A DNA stretch of 64,000 nucleotides from Azolla caroliniana (taxonomy: Eukaryota; Plantae; Polypodiophyta). The notes beneath the pieces were generated by a model. That model was not told where the DNA came from. It was given only the letters and a program-made list of their open reading frames with translations, and did no database searches. A program made the position numbers and the translations under genes. Positions 55,909-64,000 of this stretch are shown piece after piece (the first letter of the stretch is position 1; every line of letters starts with the position of its first letter). The stretch spans positions 12,400,001-12,464,000 of the forward strand of contig JBHGNT010000015.1 in assembly GCA_043228905.1 (NCBI GenBank), read 5' to 3'.

Positions 55909-58151
55909 GCCTTCAGAAGAAGAGCTGAAGGGAGCAGAGAGAGCCAAGCCAAAAAAGGAGCAGAGCAGAGCAGAGTGTGTGTTGGCTCTTCCATTGGTGC
56001 TGGGATTGGGCTTCCCATGCTTCCATCACCATCTTTCTTCTTCTTCTCTCCCTCTCTCTCTCTTTTTTTATCCCTTAAATTTTTGGCTCTAGATTCTTTC
56101 TATATACACTGTTTTTCTATGGTCATACACAAACACAGTCGGTCACTCATATTCATGATGATCCATCCATCCATCCATCCATCTCTCTCTCTCTCTCTCT
56201 TCCTCTCTTTACTCTGTAGCCATGGTTGGCTTGCCCTTCAGAGCTTCTGAGAGCACTCTTGTTCTTGTTATTTCTGAGACTCTTTTTCTCTTATCTAGAA
56301 TCTTTATTAGCAATATAGTCTGTCTACATTACATACCTTTGATGATTTCTACTCTGTTTTTTCCCTGTGTATGTGTCTTAAGCGCTCCATGTAATTGATT
56401 ATGTGATGAGAGAGAAATCATGGCTCATTGGGTGATTTGTGGCATTGCAAACGATGATAAATAGACGGGAGTAATACATGTTAAGAAATCATGGGTGTGT
56501 AACTAATTGGTTTAAGCGATGGGTAGACAGTAAAGAGAAATAGGAAAAGGCATTGTTGATTTTCCTTCATTTTGGGATATGTAATCTGTTTGCTGCTGCA
56601 TGCTATATAGCCAAAAGGTCAGCTGTATGTATGCCATTGAATTGGATGTGGCCACCATCAAAATCTATCAGAGCTATCTCTGTCTTATGGCTTTTGTCAA
56701 CCAGGACAATTTGATAATGTGGGCCCTTCAATATCATGGTGGCCAAAGAAAGGAAATATGTAGGGAATAAGAAGAATGTAAAGAACAAAAACAAGAAAAA
56801 GAAAGAATTTAAAGTCTTGCTTGTGATTTTGGTAAGTTGAGATAGCAAATCCAATCCAAGTCTCATGTGCAATCCAAATCAAGTCTTGCTTGTAGATGGC
56901 ATGGGTTTACTAAAACTCCCCATGGATGATGATCTTGCCACTAGAATGTGGTGTGGAATTAGTCCTGTGGAATTCGGTCGGGAACGTCATTAGTTCATGA
57001 CACATGTAGATAGATTTTTCCTTTCACATTGGTGTGGACATGGAGGCATCACATATTTACTGTGGTTTGACATTCATAGTACCACGATTTTCCCTTTCGC
57101 ATTGATGTGGGTTTTGATGTTCATCTCAAACATCGGTAAGAGGTCTCCGGACACAATTATATGTGTGGGTGTGTGTGGCCTCGAGACAAGAGCCCTCCAT
57201 GGATGGATCATCCCGCATGTGACAAGGTATTTGTGGGTGTCCATTGAAGCCATGTGAAGATGATGGACCCCTCTTGTACAACAACAAAAGCTTAAGATTC
57301 CCCCCTATACATCAATAGATAGAAAGTAAAAGTTTCTTACTTTAAGAAGCAACCTATATGTCTGCATTATGTAATAATAATATATTGGCATGACACATCC
57401 AAAGTAACTTTTAAAAGCAAATTGTCGATTGTCGAGGAAGAGGTGTGAAGGTTACAACAATCAGTGCGGACAGCAGAAAAGTTGTTAAAAATAAAATTGG
57501 ATGTCACACGTACACAGATGGGATGATATAATTTATATGCATTTTTGTGATTAATGTCGAACCGCATTATCAAAATTTTGGTCCATAATTCTAGTAACTA
57601 GCCATCATGTTGAGAATTGCTGGTTACTTGTGTGTTCTCCATCATTGTGCACTTTAGAAACTAATGTGTCCACAACTAAGGGGTGTGTGTCTACTGTTGC
57701 ACTTGGGGTGTAGGATTGATATCTTCGCATTTAGGATCAAATCAAGATCACTCCTTGGTTTCATTTCAGCAATGAAAAATTTGCCAAATGTCAATGAGGA
57801 ACTATAAATGTAGTGGACATCTTCAATACGTTCCAGATGGGCGTGGTTTGATGAAGGATATAATAATTGAATGAATATTAAAAAAGGAATACGATTTGTG
57901 TCCACTATGAAACTTTTTGTATGCCATGAGAAACATTAATCTATCTCATATTCAAAGTTTTTTTTTAACCTTTGCACTAATGGTAGGATTGCCAAGGAGG
58001 GCTTTGCTCATATCATATATGTAATCACTGAATGTAATAAAAGTGTTCGTGCAAGCATACAAACACATTTGGAAACAAACACGTTTGAAAAGGGAAAACT
58101 ATCTTTGTCTTGGGTTCGAATCCCAATTTTCTCAACCCCCCTTCTTACCCC

Positions 58152-58191
<40 letters not shown>

Positions 58192-58441
58192 AGTATCATG
58201 TCATAGTAAAATTTTATGTTAATGTCATGTCATAGTAAAATGTCATGTTTTCTTCATATTCTCGAATATACGTTTGATGAGTTTTTGAACGTTTGATTAT
58301 AATTTATAATGACATATTTTGATTCAATCTCTATAGTTCATACTCATTTTTTTGTAAAGTTCTAACGTGAAGAAATTGATACCTTTATTAGTTGCGAGAT
58401 GAGAACATTGATAATTTGCAAGAGAGAGAGAGAGAGAGAGA

Positions 58442-60369
58442 AATATATATATTATGGAAAACTTTATTTGATAAAGATTGGGCTGTTTTATGTGTAGTTG
58501 AACATAAGTGTCATGATTTAGCAGGATCTGTGTTACATTGGCGTGGATAATTCGCATATTATGTAGGACAATTATCAAATCATTACTCAGGGGTTGTCAT
58601 GATTATTCGTGATTCGTTTTGTCCACATATAGTCTATAATGATCCATATGGACATTTTTTGGTGATGGAAGTCAAGTATTTTTAGGATTTGATATGGTTG
58701 GTAGGAATCTATGCACCCAATAATGCTAATCAACGCATTGAGTTATGGTCTTCAATGTAATGTATCCACGATTATTAGTGGGACGTGTTGGTTTGTTAAT
58801 GGGTGATTTTAATATGTGTGTTGATGCTTCACAATCTACTTCACGATTCTCATTGATGGATTCTCCTAAGCAAGCAGTTTGGGACAAATTGGCATTAGAG
58901 GTTTTGAAGTTGGATGTATGGAAATGGTTGCATCAAGATGAGGTTGGGTTTACATTTCAGTCTATGTAATACAAAGAAACATGGAGTAGGTTAGATAGAA
59001 TGTATGTTATGCATGATGAGTCTTTTTTGCTAGAGATGCTTAATATGTCAATTATGCAAGAGGTTGTGACATCGGATCATTTTCCCATATGTTTTGAGTT
59101 TAATAAACATGGGGTATATATATACAAAACATTGCTTCAACGAGTTCCTTTGAGGTTTAATTCGTCTTTATTATTACATTCTTTATTTGATGCCTATATG
59201 CAACCAAATTTTTACATGTTTTCAGAACAAGTTATTTCAAAAGGATGGCATGCATGGGATACAACACTACAAAACATCAATGATATTCATCATATGTATG
59301 GTATGACTAATGATAAAAGATGTAAGAAATTGATTGATAAGTTTTCATATATTCTTACGCGGTGCAATGTACTATTGATGAATAATCCATAGGATGAATA
59401 ACTTTTGGATGTTCAAGTTCAAGTACAAGACATTGTGAAGAATTTATCTTGTCAAAGTTATCAACAGACAAGACTACGTCAATTAAAGGAGGGATTTATA
59501 GCTAATCAATCACAATCTCATATGTTTTTTCAAGGATTAAGACCACCATATGCTCGTTCAAATGTGGTACAAATTAAGATAGGGGATGACATTGTTGTAG
59601 ACCTAGTCAAGGTTATTGAGTTATGTATTACTCATTTTAAGAATTTGATTGGACCAGAAGAGGATGTCTTGAAAGCACGACAAGAGTTTTATAATGTAAT
59701 TGGGAGTGCTGTGAATACAAATATTTGTCAAGAATTGGATGCTGATTTTGAAGAAGCTGAGGTGGAAAAGGTATTGTTACACCTTCCAAATGGTAAAAGC
59801 CTTGGCTGGGATGGTGTTACAAATGAAGTTTTTAAGAAGTATGCTAGCATGCTTAAGAGTCCATTCACACAAATGTTTCAACAATGTTGGGATTCTGGTT
59901 TCATGCCTGAGAGCTGGAAGGTGGGCTTAATCAAATTGATGCCAAAAGTACCATCTCCGAAGTCATTTCATCAATGGAGGCCTTTTTCATTGATGGGAGG
60001 GTTGTACAAAGTGTTTGCAAAGATATTATCCAACAAACTTAAGAAGTTCTCACCTCAACTTATTCATCCATCTCAATATGGTTTTATTACAGGTAGAAAT
60101 GTATTGCATAATGTTTTGAAAGTTCAAATGGCGACCGATTATGCTCGACATACACATCAAGAAATGGTTATGATGCAATTAGATTTGGAAAAAGCATATG
60201 ATCATGTTAATTGGTCTTTCCTCTCAGGTGTGATGTATAATATGGGGTTTGGTCCTTGTATGTGTTGACTTATCTTTTTGCTAGGGCAAAATGCAACTTC
60301 TCGTGTGATGCTTAATGGCGGCGTCACTCCGAAAGTGTTTCTTACTAGATCCGTGCGGCAAGGATGTCC
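58442..60369 (+). mobile_element. 5'-truncated degenerate LINE ORF2 (endonuclease-RT), relative of the 39-45 kb LINE
   Basis: LLMGDFNMCVDASQST, WSRLDRMYVMH, SDHFPI, GKSLGWDG, WRPFSLMGG and LDLEKAYDHVNW. Begins immediately after (AG)n at 58421-58441. Confidence 0.92.
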
Positions 60370-60918
60370 ATGATCATGTTAATTGGTCTTTCCTCTCAGG
60401 TGTGATGTATAATATGGGGTTTGGTCCTTGTATGTGTTGACTTATCTTTTTGCTAGGGCAAAATGCAACTTCTCGTGTGATGCTTAATGGCGGCGTCACT
60501 CCGAAAGTGTTTCTTACTAGATCCGTGCGGCAAGGATGTCCATGATCATGTTAATTGGTCTTTCCTCTCAGGTGTGATGTATAATATGGGGTTTGGTCCT
60601 CGTATGTGTCGACTTATCTTTTTGCTAGGGCAAAATGCAACCTCCCATGTGATGCTTAATGGCGGCATCACTCCGAAAGTGTTTCTTACTAGATCCGTGC
60701 GGCAAGGATGTCCATGATCATGTTAATTGGTCTTTCCTCTCAGGTGTGATGTATAGTTTGGTCCTCGTATGTGTCGACTTATCTTTTTGCTAGGGCAAAA
60801 TGCAACCTCCCGTGTGATACTTAATGGCGGCGTCACTCCGAAAGTGTTTCTTACTAGATCTGTGCAGCAAGGATGTCCATGATCATGTTAATTGGTCTTT
60901 CCTCTCAGGTGTGATGTA
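60198..60918 (+). repeat. Tandem array of ~4.2 x 172-bp units derived from LINE RT coding sequence
   Basis: Units start at 60198, 60370, 60542, 60714 and 60879 (ATGATCATGTTAATTGG...CAAGGATGTCC). Unit 4 has a 7-bp deletion. Confidence 0.95.
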
Positions 60919-61509
60919 CTCTGTGGGACATCACCCTTTAATGGCACCAAGGGAAACCTGTTGATCAAGTAAACAACTGTGTACATCGCCTCAGCCCAAT
61001 AGGATTTCGACAGTTTCGCATGGGAGAGCATGCTCCTTACTCTCTCCATGATTGTTCGATTCATCCTCTCTGCAAGCTCGTTTAATTTTGGGGTCTTTGG
61101 CACTGTGTATTCAATTCGAATACCTTGGCACTTGCAGTATATCCTCGAACTGCCCTTTGTACTCGCCACCGTTGTCGGTTCGAACAACCTTCAGTTTCCG
61201 ACCCGACTCTCTTTCAGCTCTTGCCTAGAACTCCTTGAAAAACGATAGTACTCGATCCTTCGTCTTCAGTACGAAGGCCCATGTCTTCTGACTATGGTCA
61301 TCAATGAATGTCACAAACTATTGTCCACCTCGATGCGATGGAGCATCCACATAGCACACATCCGTGTGTACTAGTTCCAATGTAGCTTCTCTTCTTCTCG
61401 GTGGTCTTGAGTGGAATGCCACCCTATTCTGCTTTCCGGTTAAGCAGTCGACACACTTCTCCAGGTGCACTCCCTTGACTTCTGGTAGAAGTTTCTGGTC
61501 AACTAACCT
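60919..61509 (-). mobile_element. Tnt1-like copia integrase fragment (family 2)
   Basis: IRIEYTVPKTPKLNELAERMNRTIMERVRSMLSHAKL...YWAEAMYTVVYLINR; homologous to ~1070-1660. Confidence 0.88.
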
Positions 61510-62293
61510 AGAAGGCCTGAATTAACCCATCCTCTCTGGTTCAAGTCCCCGGTGGGCCCACTCAAATTTCACACGCACACGCATAACTTTGTGACACTGA
61601 ATCTTGTGCATCATAGATAATTTTCTTTACCCCATTGCCTCTAGTGGGATTCCGAACCTTGACTTCATTATTGAAGTGATTATGTCTTATCATTTGGATA
61701 TCCCTTGTTGTTGTCTTGATCTTCATTCACTATCTCTTTCTTCCAGTGACCTATTTGTCCTAAACCTTGATCTATTGTAAAACTTGGCTTGATCCTCTGA
61801 ACACATCAAAATTCGAATAAATTAGAGCATTTGCCTCACCTAAAAAGAATGAACAAGATCCTACCTTGGAAATATAAATACACATTAATTCACAATAAAC
61901 AATAGGGTTTGATTGATTATGAGATATATTGGACAAACAAAAACTTTCGTTCGAGCGGATCAATTCTCTTGCACAAGCGTGGGGGAGGCATACAACAAGA
62001 ATGGAGTGTTGGATCGATTAAGTCAATGACATAACTTTATAAGTAGCCAGAATGCAAAAGCTCGAATATCATGTCATTACTCGGAACGAAGAGCATTGCT
62101 TGTCAATTTCATTCTTTGGCGACTATAGAGATCAGCCCCCGGGAAACTTATAATTAGTTACATCATACATGTGTGGCCTAGGCCATGAAGAACTTCTTTA
62201 ATACATACTTATATAATTACATATTACATCTAAACAAAACTGGGAAGAAGAAAAACAGGGAGGGCCAGGGCACATGCGAGTGCAAAGAAGCAA

Positions 62294-62373
62294 ATGAAGC
62301 CATCTCTTGTCCGATTCCTCACAACCCATTCAGGTATAGACCCCTGCTAAACCCTGACACACACAGATAGATG

Positions 62374-62407
<34 letters not shown>

Positions 62408-62639
62408 AAATTAGATAGATAGATGGTTAGAGTTTGTAATTCCATCGATTAATCTATCACTATTTATGAAAACAAGAGAATGAGCTAGTGTGTGCGCTTG
62501 AACAGGGCCTCCTATCCGTGTCGGATTCACCCCTGATGCTGGCAGAGGTGTTTTCGCAACTCGAGAAATCCGCACAGGTGAACTCATCCACACCGCAGAG
62601 CCCCTGGTGTCACATCCATCGCTTCAAAACCTCACAAAG
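62294..62639 (+). CDS. ATXR4: 5' part of a SET-domain (SMYD-type) lysine methyltransferase, ATXR4/SDG38-like; probably continues beyond the window
   Basis: Exon 1 62294-62333 (MKPSLVRFLTTHSG, GT donor). Exon 2 62506-62639 PPIRVGFTPDAGRGVFATREIRTGELIHTAEPLVSHPSL, containing the SET-N GRGVFAT motif, closely resembling Arabidopsis ATXR4 as I recall it. Splice phases are compatible. Confidence 0.78.
62366..62423. repeat. (GATA)n microsatellite in ATXR4 intron 1
   Basis: Seen directly in sequence. Confidence 0.9.
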
Positions 62640-63746
62640 GTACCACCACCACATCCTTCCTTTCTCTTGGAATCTTGGACTATGTTGTTGTGAATCTCTT
62701 TTGCTGTTTTCACATTATTGGATTTGACATAGCTGAAATGTAAAATAGCTTGATGGAAGAAAAAACAGTTATTTTTGCTTGTTCTAAACATCAACTTGCC
62801 CTCACACTTAAATTTATGCTGCCCTGGAGCCTAAGTGTTGCTGCACAAGAGCCATGTGTGAGGTTGAATATACTGACCTATGGGCCAAGAATCATGGAAC
62901 TTGATGTTTTGAGCATAGGAAGCTAGGTGAGAGTGGGAAAAATTTATGCAATTCTTACACATAGAAATGAGAAATCACTCAACTGATGCAGTCTAGTATA
63001 TCCACATTTGCTAGATACGTTTGGAAATCATTCAATTTCTTTTTGTGAGTTCCATTGACTGATTCAATAAAGATCAAGACTGCAGGGTTGCAGTTAGAGT
63101 TCATTTGAAGATCATTATAATAAGATTATGTAATGGCCGTGAATCTCTTGGATGATGTCACTGAAAATGAGAGACTGTTCATCCATGACCTACTTAAGGC
63201 ATTGTGCCATCAAGGGAAAATGCATGAAGTGCGCAATAAACCGATCCTGCATGTTGGCATGCCTTTTCTTAGGCAGATTAGCAAAAAGGTCCTGCCAAGT
63301 TATACTTTTTATTTTTACTATGTATTTCCTTTTCGGAAAGTTGGAAATAGATTAGTAGAATGAGTCTATTGTGAGATACATCAAAAAATCACCCTGCTTG
63401 GTTGCAGATTAATCATCCTAGAATGCATCCTTGAGATTGATAATTAAATGAGGCATATTTTCTGGACATTTTGTTAAATTTGAGTTGTTTTATGGCATGA
63501 TGCCCTTAATAGTTAGAAATCTGTGGGATCAGAACCCTATACAACTGCATTTAAAGAGGTTGCTTTGGAATTATTGACATGAACTGGAGATATGATGAGC
63601 GATGAAGACTTGTTTGGAATATCTTCAAGTCTAGAAAATATTTCTTGATTAATTTCTGTTAGAGAAGATTCTGGAACATTCTAGAATGACTTGATGCTTC
63701 TGAAACTTTTCTTCAAGCTAGAAATTAATTAAATTGTTTTTAGAGA

Positions 63747-64000
63747 ACCCCAAGTTATCTGATGCAATCACACAGACATTAGAACATTAGTAATCTTCCC
63801 CGATGGGTGTTGAGATAGTTCCCAAACATGTGTGAGAAAAGCTGTTAATAGCAGCAGCGGAACAATTGTAAGAAAAAACAGACACTGCCAAGCTGTGAGA
63901 AGGCTGTTAGACAGCAGGTGCACCCCAAGTTATCTGATGCAATCACACAGACATTAGAACATTAGTAATCTTCCCCGATGGGTGTTGAGATAGTTCCCAA
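63747..64000. repeat. 175-bp-period duplication running off the window end
   Basis: ACCCCAAGTTATCTGATGCAATCACACAGAC...GAGATAGTTCCCAA starts at 63747 and 63922. Confidence 0.88.

Noticed and set aside
60198-60918. Regular repeats as a possible CRISPR-like array
   Set aside because: Units are contiguous with no unique spacers and are LINE RT sequence in a eukaryotic genome.

Overview
Eukaryotic land-plant genomic DNA; a seed-free plant such as a fern is my inference from TE types and gene style. Positions 1-19 kb are a nest of decayed LTR retrotransposons: four 5' halves of one tRNA-iMet-primed Ty1/copia family, fragments of a second Tnt1-like copia family, and a tRNA-Trp-primed gypsy-like LTR+gag. 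Inside the nest (13.2-14.1 kb) is a degenerate, intron-containing gene for a prokaryotic-type beta-class DNA amino-methyltransferase (DIPYG ... NPYQKP ... VLDLFSGTGTT ... RNCVALEKD), possibly cargo of a CACTA-like transposon; this is the most unusual feature. Host genes are MENG (phylloquinone methyltransferase, 8 exons, minus strand), a divergent PP2A catalytic subunit (12 exons), a GPI-anchored classical arabinogalactan protein and the first two exons of an ATXR4-like SET-domain gene. The window also has two hAT-type MITEs with perfect 8-bp TSDs, three copies of an L1-like LINE family that all abut (GA)n microsatellites, and a 172-bp tandem array derived from the LINE RT region. All coordinates were read by hand and no database searches were run.
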